This document shows, in pieces, positions 8,847-16,312 of a DNA stretch of 35,900 bases. Source of the stretch: a virus (lineage: Duplodnaviria > Caudoviricetes); IMG/VR virus record IMGVR_UViG_3300036904_000005, positions 1-35,900 of that record; one strand, written 5' to 3'. Positions within the stretch are counted from its first letter, which is position 1. Each line of letters begins with the position of its first letter. Both the position numbers and the translations under genes were made by a program. Below the pieces are notes generated by a model. That model searched no databases. It was not told where the DNA came from and saw only the letters and a list, made by a program, of their open reading frames with translations.

Positions 8847-9086
8847 ATGGCTACACCGATCAACACCGTTGGCGTCCTGGCGGCTCTCCGATTCGCACAG
8901 TCGACTTACGGACAGCTTCCGATTCCAAACAACCCGAGCGGAATCAAGCTGATTTCGACGGGCTATAACTTGCAGGTAGTGTTACCGGTAGTACCCACGT
9001 CATGCCCCACGAACTATTTAACAGTGATCGACGCAGTCGGCTTTAACCAGCCGGGTGGTGGCGGCACGGTAGGATACGCAATATGA
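8847..9086 (+). CDS. Small virion-associated protein
   Basis: Fills the gap between two genes. Its stop overlaps the next ATG (ATGA). Ends GGGGTVGYAI. Confidence 0.55.
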   Translation: MATPINTVGVLAALRFAQSTYGQLPIPNNPSGIKLISTGYNLQVVLPVVPTSCPTNYLTVIDAVGFNQPGGGGTVGYAI

Positions 9087-10984
9087 CCAGCATCAAGATC
9101 GACAATTTCGCGGGTATCGCGCCGCGCCAGTCCAACCGATTGCTGCCGTACAACGGAGCGGTGGCGGCCGAGAACGCGAAGCTACTCTCAGGGGAACTCA
9201 GGGGTCTGCGCGAGACGCAGCTTCTGCATGCGTTCTCGAACACGGCGGTCACACGCGCGTACCGGCTTCCGTCGACGGTGTCCGCACCCATCCCGCTATC
9301 AAGCTCGGACAACTGGATCGGCTTCACGGATTCGAACGTGGACTTCGTCCGCACCCCGGTCCTCGAAGACAGCTTCGAGCGGTATTACTGGACCGGCGAC
9401 AGCACGCTGAACGGCGGCAAGCCGCAGTACAACACTCGTGCCAGGATCAACGCGTCCAGCGCACCGTACGTGCTTGGGATCTCGCCGCCGGTCAACGCAC
9501 CGCTCGTGTCGCCAGCGGCCGGCACAGACTCGGTGCGCGCGTATGTCTACACGTTCGTGTCAGCATACGGCGAGGAGAGTGCGCCATCAAACGCAACGCT
9601 TGCAACGGGTACGGCAGGTTCTTGGACGATCACAGGGTTCGATACGTCCACCGCCGGCCCCTATTACAATCCCGCGCTCGCGGCGTCGACGGTGAACATC
9701 ACGACGGTTCGGATCTACCGGACTGTGGCTGGCAGCGGCACCGACACGGATTATTTCCACGTCGCTGACATCGCGCTGAACACGACCACATACACCGACA
9801 CCCAGATCGACGCCGTCGTCGCGCTGAACTACACGATGCAGTCCCTCACGTGGGACCCGCCGCCTGCCACGCTGCAAGGTCTTGCTGTGCACCCTGGTGG
9901 CTTCTTGATCGGATTCACTGGCCGCGACCTGTATATGTCGGTGCCTTACCAGCCGCACGCGTGGCCCGTCGAGAACATCCAGACATGTCAAACGGAGATC
10001 GTCGGCGTCGCGATCTACTTCGGTCTGATCATTGTGCTCACGACTTCGAATCCGTATTACGGCGAGGGCATGAGCCCGGCCGCGATCACGCTCCAGAAGA
10101 TCGACTCTATCGACCCGTGCGTGAATCGGCGCAGCATCGCGACGACGCTCTCGGGTGCCTACTACGCCAGCCCGCAGGGCATCGTGGTCGCGACCGCCGG
10201 CGCCACCCAACTCGCCACCCAACAGTTGTTCACAAGGGAAGAATGGCAGGACGAGTTCTCGCCGACCCAAGTGCAGGCTGTAGCCTATGGTTTACAGTAC
10301 ATCGCGTTCGACACCACAAGCTCGGGGTTCATCTTCTCTCCGTCCGAGACCTTGGCACCACTCACGACGCTGGATAGATTCAGCAACGTGAGCAGCATTC
10401 AGATCGACGTGTACTCTGGCGACGTGTATCTGGTGCAGGGAGGCCAAGTGCGCCTTTGGGATCCGCCGTCTTCGACGCCGTACGAATACACCTGGCTCTC
10501 GAAAGAGTTCGACTTGCCGAAGCCGGTGAACTTCGGCGCGTTCAAGCTCAAGTTTAGTGGCGGCGCACCATTGCAGATCCCGGCGAACCTGTTGACGGAC
10601 TACACAATCTACAACACGCAGCGGATCGCGTTCCCTTTGAACTGCATAAATCTGGCGCCAATCAATGGGGTACGCACGTTCAACGTGACGATTACAGGGC
10701 AGGCGCTGATCGTGCCGCAGACCAAAAGCCCCATCGCCGGAAGCCCCTTGTACAGTATCAACGGATTAAGTAACGTTCCGCAGGCGGTTCAGGTTACAAT
10801 CTTCGCACGCACTCCGTCGACCCAACAATGGAACACGGTGTTTACGTGGACCGCGACCGACGAGCGGACTTATCGGCTGCCTGCGGGCTTCAAGGCCGAC
10901 GGCTGGCAGGTGGAGTTGATCGGGAACGTGCCGGTTTATTCCTTCGCGATGGCGGAGACTGGCAAGGAACTTCAGCAGGTGTGA
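9083..10984 (+). CDS. Tail nozzle / DNA stabilisation protein (P22 gp10- or T7 gp12-like role)
   Basis: IDNFAGIAPR...AENAKLLSGELRG, RAYVYTFVSAYGEESAPS, WDPPP, SVPYQPHAWP, YYASPQGIV and YTWLSKEF motifs. 633 aa. Confidence 0.75.
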   Translation: MTSIKIDNFAGIAPRQSNRLLPYNGAVAAENAKLLSGELRGLRETQLLHAFSNTAVTRAYRLPSTVSAPIPLSSSDNWIGFTDSNVDFVRTPVLEDSFERYYWTGDSTLNGGKPQYNTRARINASSAPYVLGISPPVNAPLVSPAAGTDSVRAYVYTFVSAYGEESAPSNATLATGTAGSWTITGFDTSTAGPYYNPALAASTVNITTVRIYRTVAGSGTDTDYFHVADIALNTTTYTDTQIDAVVALNYTMQSLTWDPPPATLQGLAVHPGGFLIGFTGRDLYMSVPYQPHAWPVENIQTCQTEIVGVAIYFGLIIVLTTSNPYYGEGMSPAAITLQKIDSIDPCVNRRSIATTLSGAYYASPQGIVVATAGATQLATQQLFTREEWQDEFSPTQVQAVAYGLQYIAFDTTSSGFIFSPSETLAPLTTLDRFSNVSSIQIDVYSGDVYLVQGGQVRLWDPPSSTPYEYTWLSKEFDLPKPVNFGAFKLKFSGGAPLQIPANLLTDYTIYNTQRIAFPLNCINLAPINGVRTFNVTITGQALIVPQTKSPIAGSPLYSINGLSNVPQAVQVTIFARTPSTQQWNTVFTWTATDERTYRLPAGFKADGWQVELIGNVPVYSFAMAETGKELQQV

Positions 10985-10985
10985 T

Positions 10986-11225
10986 ATGGCGATCAACATT
11001 TCCGACTATGTGCCGCACGGCCTCGTCGTCGCACTCGGTGGGATCGTCAGTTATGTTTTTCGTGAACACACAGCCCGCGACGACGCGCGGTTCAATAAGA
11101 TCGCAGACGAGTTGGAAGCGATCCAACTCAGGCAGACGGAAATAGCCGACAAGATGGGCGACAACCACTCTGAAATCCTGCGGGTACTTCTCAGCAACGA
11201 GCGCAACGCGGAGCGGCGCGGGTGA
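10986..11225 (+). CDS. Putative holin (one TM segment plus coiled coil)
   Basis: Hydrophobic GLVVALGGIVSYVF segment. Directly upstream of and coupled to the endolysin. Confidence 0.55.
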   Translation: MAINISDYVPHGLVVALGGIVSYVFREHTARDDARFNKIADELEAIQLRQTEIADKMGDNHSEILRVLLSNERNAERRG

Positions 11226-11731
11226 CATTCGATGATGCCTTCGCCTACGTGGTGGGCGAGGAGGGGGTCTTGTCACTGGACCCGGACGACAAAGGGAATT
11301 GGACCGGTGGCGCTGTCGGTGCCGGGGTCCTCAAAGGATCGAAGTATGGCGTATCAGCGGCTGCTTATCCCGACCTGGACATCGCCAACCTATCCCTATA
11401 CGAGGCCCGCGCAATCGCGCAGACGCGATACTGGGACCCCATCCATGGAGATGAAATCCCTTACGGCGCCGCGCTCTGCATCTTCGATTTCGGGTACAAC
11501 GCCGGAGACGAAGAATCAATCCGCGTCGCCCAGCGAGCCCTCGGGTTGCGCGATGACGGGGAGTGCGGGCCGCTCACGCTGGCAGCGCTGAAGGCTTGCA
11601 ACGTCGCGGACTTCGTGCCCAAGTTTACGGCTGAACGACTTCGGGTATACTCTGAGATGCCCGAGTGGTCTCGGGACGGTGCCGGGTGGACGGCCCGCGC
11701 GAACCTCACAGCCCAGAGGGCACTGACATGA
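11222..11731 (+). CDS. Endolysin, glycoside hydrolase family 108
   Basis: FDDAFAYVVGEEG...DPDDKGNWTGG...KGSKYGVSAAAYP...YWD...FDFGYNAG, plus peptidoglycan-binding-like DDGECGPLTLAAL. Confidence 0.9.
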   Translation: MTFDDAFAYVVGEEGVLSLDPDDKGNWTGGAVGAGVLKGSKYGVSAAAYPDLDIANLSLYEARAIAQTRYWDPIHGDEIPYGAALCIFDFGYNAGDEESIRVAQRALGLRDDGECGPLTLAALKACNVADFVPKFTAERLRVYSEMPEWSRDGAGWTARANLTAQRALT

Positions 11732-12264
11732 GCACCCTGATCAAGACTTGGCTCGCCCCGTACGAGGTATACTTGTGGGCGGGTCTCGCGGTATTGCTCC
11801 TGGTTCTCGGTGTGTCCTTTGTGGAGCACGAGCGAACCATCGGTGCGAACGAGGTCAAGGCAGCAGATGCCAGGGCCGTGGCAGCAGAGACGAAACTCAA
11901 ATTGCAGGTGGAAGCAGATGCGCAGAAAACTCTCGATCCGGCGAACGCGGCGCTCCACGTCGCTCTTGACGGCAACGTCCCTGTTGCTCCTATCGTTGTC
12001 CGGGTGTGCCCTGTTGCCCAAGCGCACGGTTCCCAACCAGTCGTGCCCGCAGATGGCCCCCCCGACTCCGGACGCACTCGCGCCCCGCCCCCCATACCTG
12101 GATCAATGGCAGACGTATCTGAAAAGTCAGGGGCTAATATAGGCCCGACGACCGAGGAGCTATTGGCCAAGGCGGACGCCGAGATCAAGTATTGGCGCGC
12201 CTATTACGCGGACTGCGTCGCGCGCAAGATCTGCAAACCGGTGCCCGGTGCCCCTCATAAATGA
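11728..12264 (+). CDS. Rz: Inner-membrane spanin (Rz-like)
   Basis: ATG 11728 overlaps the endolysin stop. N-terminal TM (YLWAGLAVLLLVLGVSFV) and a helical periplasmic part. Hosts an embedded lipoprotein ORF. Confidence 0.8.
   Translation: MSTLIKTWLAPYEVYLWAGLAVLLLVLGVSFVEHERTIGANEVKAADARAVAAETKLKLQVEADAQKTLDPANAALHVALDGNVPVAPIVVRVCPVAQAHGSQPVVPADGPPDSGRTRAPPPIPGSMADVSEKSGANIGPTTEELLAKADAEIKYWRAYYADCVARKICKPVPGAPHK
11918..12142 (+). CDS. Rz1: Outer-membrane spanin lipoprotein (Rz1-like), embedded in Rz in the +1 frame
   Basis: Basic N-region MRRKLSIRR, hydrophobic stretch, lipobox LSG-C and a Pro-rich mature part with a second Cys. AGGTGG upstream. Confidence 0.8.
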   Translation: MRRKLSIRRTRRSTSLLTATSLLLLSLSGCALLPKRTVPNQSCPQMAPPTPDALAPRPPYLDQWQTYLKSQGLI

Positions 12265-12685
12265 CGACAAGCGGATCCAAGCCTGGATGCACGCGCGATC
12301 CGGGCTCCCCCTCCAGCAGGAGTTCCGTGGGATAGCTCGCATCGACGCTGCTGGGGAGATCGTGTCAGCATTTGGATATGACAGCTTTCAGCCCTACGGC
12401 TGCCAGCTTCACCTGTGCACGGAGGCCCCTCTGACCAGGGATCTCCTGCGGACAGCCTTCATGGTGCCGTTTATCCAGTGGAACTATTCCTGGTTACTTG
12501 CCATAATCCAAGAGCAGAACCGTCGGTCGTTGAATATGGCGGCTCGTTTAGGGTTCACTGAGATCGCGGCAGTGCCAGGACACTTGCGGATCGCCACGAT
12601 GTACAAGGCTGATTGTCGCTGGATTTATCTGGCGGAGAGAACGAAATGTCCGGCGGCGGCTCAACTCCAAAACCAGCAAATCTAA
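12248..12685 (+). CDS. GNAT-fold protein preceding the ejection genes
   Basis: IQEQNRRSLNMAARLGFTE is a GNAT C-terminal motif (N..S...A.RLGF..E). Position is like that of podovirus pre-ejection GNAT-like genes. Confidence 0.7.
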   Translation: MPLINDDKRIQAWMHARSGLPLQQEFRGIARIDAAGEIVSAFGYDSFQPYGCQLHLCTEAPLTRDLLRTAFMVPFIQWNYSWLLAIIQEQNRRSLNMAARLGFTEIAAVPGHLRIATMYKADCRWIYLAERTKCPAAAQLQNQQI

Positions 12686-13821
12686 GCGGCAACGTCTCGA
12701 ACGCGAACAGCACGTTCGGCACTGCGACCAGCGACGCTGGCCAGACGATGAACACCGCGCAGCAGTACAACACCAACGCGCAGAACAACCTCTCGAACGT
12801 GACCAACACGTCGAACTCGATGGCCGGGCAGATCGGCTCGCAAGCCACGCAGAACATGAACACGTACGGCTCGACGTTCGTGCCGCTCCAGCAGCAGCAG
12901 GCGCAGCAGGCGCAGGCGTACGGCTCGCAGGCGAATATCTCGAAGCTGCAAGGCCAAGCCATCGCGAACACCGCTGGCGCCGATCAGGCGGCCCGCACGA
13001 ACAGCGCGCAGGCGCTCGCGTCCGAGGGCGTCGACCCTGCATCCATCCACGGCGCAGCCCTTGACCGGCAGGCGTCCGTGACCGGTGCCGGCCAGGAAGC
13101 CGCCGCTGGCACGCAGTCGGCGATCAACACCACGAACACCGCCAACCAGATGGTCGCGAACGCGAACCAGCTTGGAATGCAGGTGGGCAACGCCGGGACC
13201 GCTGGCGCTGCGACGGCTGCGAATACTGCGGCCGCAGGTCAGCAGTCGGTCAACCAGACGAACCAGACCGGCGTGAACAACCTCACGGCGGCGAACTCGT
13301 ACCTGAACACAGGCACCAACGCGAACTCGTCGGCGGCGAACATCGCGAATACGCAGTTCGGCGAGCAGCAGACGGCGTACCAGGACCAGCAGCAGCAGAG
13401 CGCCGGGCTCATGTCGGGCATCGGCAGCATCGCTGGCGCGGCGGCCATGTTCATGGAAGGCGGCGGTTCCGTCCCCGGCACCCCGACGGCGGGCATCCCG
13501 ACCGGCCATACGTTCGCTCACTCGGGGCTCCCGGTGCGCAAGGGCCATGTGATGCCTCGCCAGCCGATCCAGATGCCGTTCGAACCGATGGACGCGGGCG
13601 GCCAAGTCACGGCGAAGGGCGCGCTGCCTGTTGGCAGCATCCCCGGAACAACTGACCGCAAGCCGGCCATGCTGACTCCTGGCGAGTTCGTTATTCCGCA
13701 GGATGTTGTGCAGCACATAGGTTCGGAGAAACTCCATAAGCTGGTCGACAAGACCCGCGAGGACGCCAACAAGCGCCGCGCGATCCCGGTCAATCACCCT
13801 CCGCACATGAGCATGAACTGA
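12646..13821 (+). CDS. Internal virion/DNA ejection (pilot) protein
   Basis: ATG 12646 after GGAGAG. MSGGGS start, Q/N/A/T-rich helical body, glycine-zipper segment, and C-terminal PGTTDRKPAMLTPGEFVIP motif. Confidence 0.7.
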   Translation: MSGGGSTPKPANLSGNVSNANSTFGTATSDAGQTMNTAQQYNTNAQNNLSNVTNTSNSMAGQIGSQATQNMNTYGSTFVPLQQQQAQQAQAYGSQANISKLQGQAIANTAGADQAARTNSAQALASEGVDPASIHGAALDRQASVTGAGQEAAAGTQSAINTTNTANQMVANANQLGMQVGNAGTAGAATAANTAAAGQQSVNQTNQTGVNNLTAANSYLNTGTNANSSAANIANTQFGEQQTAYQDQQQQSAGLMSGIGSIAGAAAMFMEGGGSVPGTPTAGIPTGHTFAHSGLPVRKGHVMPRQPIQMPFEPMDAGGQVTAKGALPVGSIPGTTDRKPAMLTPGEFVIPQDVVQHIGSEKLHKLVDKTREDANKRRAIPVNHPPHMSMN

Positions 13822-13822
13822 T

Positions 13823-16300
13823 ATGGGCGCACTGAACCTCGGACAGATCGCAGCGGCCGCCGCCCCCGGCGTCGCGCAGGGCGTATCAGGCGCCATGGAC
13901 AGCTACCACGACTTCAAGAACGGCCAGCAGCAGGACGCCAACACCGCCGCCCAGACTGGGACGGCGAACACTGGCGCCGCTGACGCGAGCCACCCGGTGT
14001 GGTCCGTGCTTCAGAACATCTTCGGAGGGTCTTCACCGCAAGCCGCCCCCGGTGCGACCGCTGGCGGCGATGTAGCTTCCGGCATCCCCGCGCCCGCGAT
14101 GTCCCCGGTCCAGCTTAGCGGCATGGCCGCCGGCCAGGGCATCGGCGGATCGCAGGCCCCCGGCGTGGTCGGCCCGAACGCGGTTGCCGGTATGCAGAAC
14201 GGCGGCGTGGTCAAGCAGAACTTCGGCAAGGCGACCGTGCGCCCCGCCTTCAACAAAGGCCCGGCCCTGCCGACCGGCCCGAACAGCGGGATTGTCCCCG
14301 CGTCGACCGAAGGCCAGATCCTCACCATGGACGCTGGTGGCGTCGTCCCTGCCGGGTATCAGCCGGTGAACAATGCCCCGCAGCCCGCCATGTCGGGAGG
14401 CCCTGCGGGCTTCGTAAGCGGTTTCGCAGCAGGCCAAGGCATCGGCCATAATTTGCAGCAGGCGTGGGAGCACAATAAGGCTGTCTCCGACAGCAGTAAA
14501 TCCACGCGTCTAGCTACCAGCGCGGACGTGAACGACCCCGATGCTGCCAACAACCTGGCCGCACATATCGACGACAGTCCGCTGACCAAGGCCAAAGATG
14601 CCGTCGAAGGGTTCTTCCAGCACCTGCACCAGGGCACGCTCAATGACGCACATAAACCCAATTCTGATTCAGCAATTCCTGCTGGTGCTGCTCCCCCTGC
14701 TGGTGCTGCTCCTGCTGGTGCTAACGGCGCCCCGCCGCCGTCCGGCGCACCCGGAATCCCTGCCCCTTCTGCCCCCGGAGCCAGCCCCAATGCCGCAGCC
14801 GCCTCTCCCCCAGCAGGAGGCCCAGCACCTGGATCTCCAGCAGCACCGTCGCCCGGAGGCCCAGCAGGCGCTCCCGGAGCCGTACCCGCACCCGCAGGCG
14901 CTCCCGGAGCCGCACAACCAAGTGGTCAACCTTCAGGGAGCACGTCGCCTGTTCAGACCGCGCTGACCGCTGACGCGACCAAAGCTGCGCTCGCCAACCC
15001 AAACGTGGCGGCAGGCGTGCCCGCGCCTGACAGCGCGAACCAGGACAAGCCGCACTCGCTGACGCCGCAGTATTGGGCGAAGATGAACGAACTGAAGTCG
15101 CGCGCTGCGGCTTCGGCTGCGGCAGCCGGTGAAGATCCTGCCAAGGTCTACGAGTCATTGACCGCGATGCAGACGGCGCACTTCCAGGGGCAAGTCCTCA
15201 AGCAGGTGGCAACAGCCTCGCGCGCCTACGACGCCGGCAACATGGACGCCGTGAAGCAGGCGCTCAAGAACGTGAACTACTACCTGCCGGACGGGCAGAA
15301 CATAGGCTTCAAGGCGGCGACCGCCGACGACGTGGCGAAGGCCCCGCCCGGTACCTTGAAGGTCGGCGACCTGATGCACAGCAACCCATACAAGGGCATG
15401 TTCCAGCCGGGCCAGCCACCGCAGCCGGACTACGTCAAGGTCGATCAGCCGTACCTGACTTCGCTCGGGCAGGGCGCGCTCGACCCCGAGAAAATGATCC
15501 AAGCTCAAAACGGTCGATACCTGGCGTCGGCGGAGGCGCAGTCGAAGTACGACACCGCTCAAGGCGCCCTGGCGCGCGGCAAGGGCATCGAGGCCGGCGG
15601 CGTCGCGAGTCTCACGAAGGCGAATATACAGGCCAACAATGCGGACGTGGAACGCCGTTTGATCATCTCGCACGGCGACCTGAACGAAGCGGAAGCTGGC
15701 CGCGCGAACCGCGAGCCCGTTGACAGATCAGGCAACGGTCAGCCCAAGGTCACGCAGGCCAGCATCCGTGCGCGCCAGAACGACGTAGCGAGCTACGTCG
15801 ACAACGCCTCCCTCGGCGAGCGGCAGGTAGAGCCGACGAAGAACGCGGACGGCTCGACGAACTTCTCGGCGGCCGCCGGCAGGGCGGTTCCGAATCCGGC
15901 GCGTGTGCCGAGCGTGTTGGCAGGACTCTCCCCGGACCAGCGACAGAACGTCAAGCAGCTTGGCGGGTCGTTCGCTGCGGCGAACCCTGACATGACGAAG
16001 GAAGAGGCGGCTGAGATGGCCGCGCGCATCACTCACATCCAGTCTGCCAAGCAGCCGCCAACCCACATGGAAGCTGATGGCAAGCGGCACGTGGACTTCT
16101 ACAACGACCCGAAGACTGGGGTGGCGCACGTTTGGGTTGGCAACGGCTACCGTTCCTTCTACACTGCCCCCTCGGTGGCCGATGACACTGCTGCATCGGC
16201 TCCCAGCCCGGTATCTGCGGGAGCGGGTGGAGGCGGCGGCGGGGGTAGTGGCGGGGTCGGCGACGAAAACCCAGCGACTGCGGACTCCGCAAACGACTAA
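13823..16300 (+). CDS. Internal virion/DNA ejection protein with Pro/Ala/Gly-rich linker
   Basis: 825 aa, lies between the pilot gene and the giant gene. Low-complexity PAG region near 14670-14940. Confidence 0.65.
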   Translation: MGALNLGQIAAAAAPGVAQGVSGAMDSYHDFKNGQQQDANTAAQTGTANTGAADASHPVWSVLQNIFGGSSPQAAPGATAGGDVASGIPAPAMSPVQLSGMAAGQGIGGSQAPGVVGPNAVAGMQNGGVVKQNFGKATVRPAFNKGPALPTGPNSGIVPASTEGQILTMDAGGVVPAGYQPVNNAPQPAMSGGPAGFVSGFAAGQGIGHNLQQAWEHNKAVSDSSKSTRLATSADVNDPDAANNLAAHIDDSPLTKAKDAVEGFFQHLHQGTLNDAHKPNSDSAIPAGAAPPAGAAPAGANGAPPPSGAPGIPAPSAPGASPNAAAASPPAGGPAPGSPAAPSPGGPAGAPGAVPAPAGAPGAAQPSGQPSGSTSPVQTALTADATKAALANPNVAAGVPAPDSANQDKPHSLTPQYWAKMNELKSRAAASAAAAGEDPAKVYESLTAMQTAHFQGQVLKQVATASRAYDAGNMDAVKQALKNVNYYLPDGQNIGFKAATADDVAKAPPGTLKVGDLMHSNPYKGMFQPGQPPQPDYVKVDQPYLTSLGQGALDPEKMIQAQNGRYLASAEAQSKYDTAQGALARGKGIEAGGVASLTKANIQANNADVERRLIISHGDLNEAEAGRANREPVDRSGNGQPKVTQASIRARQNDVASYVDNASLGERQVEPTKNADGSTNFSAAAGRAVPNPARVPSVLAGLSPDQRQNVKQLGGSFAAANPDMTKEEAAEMAARITHIQSAKQPPTHMEADGKRHVDFYNDPKTGVAHVWVGNGYRSFYTAPSVADDTAASAPSPVSAGAGGGGGGGSGGVGDENPATADSAND

Positions 16301-16312
16301 AGTGAGAGCTTC

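Noticed and set aside
14670-14915. Short tandem repeats (cctgctggtgctgct; 19-bp gcaggcgctcccggagccg twice) as iterons
   Set aside because: Explained by slippage in a Pro/Ala/Gly linker, and all are in frame.
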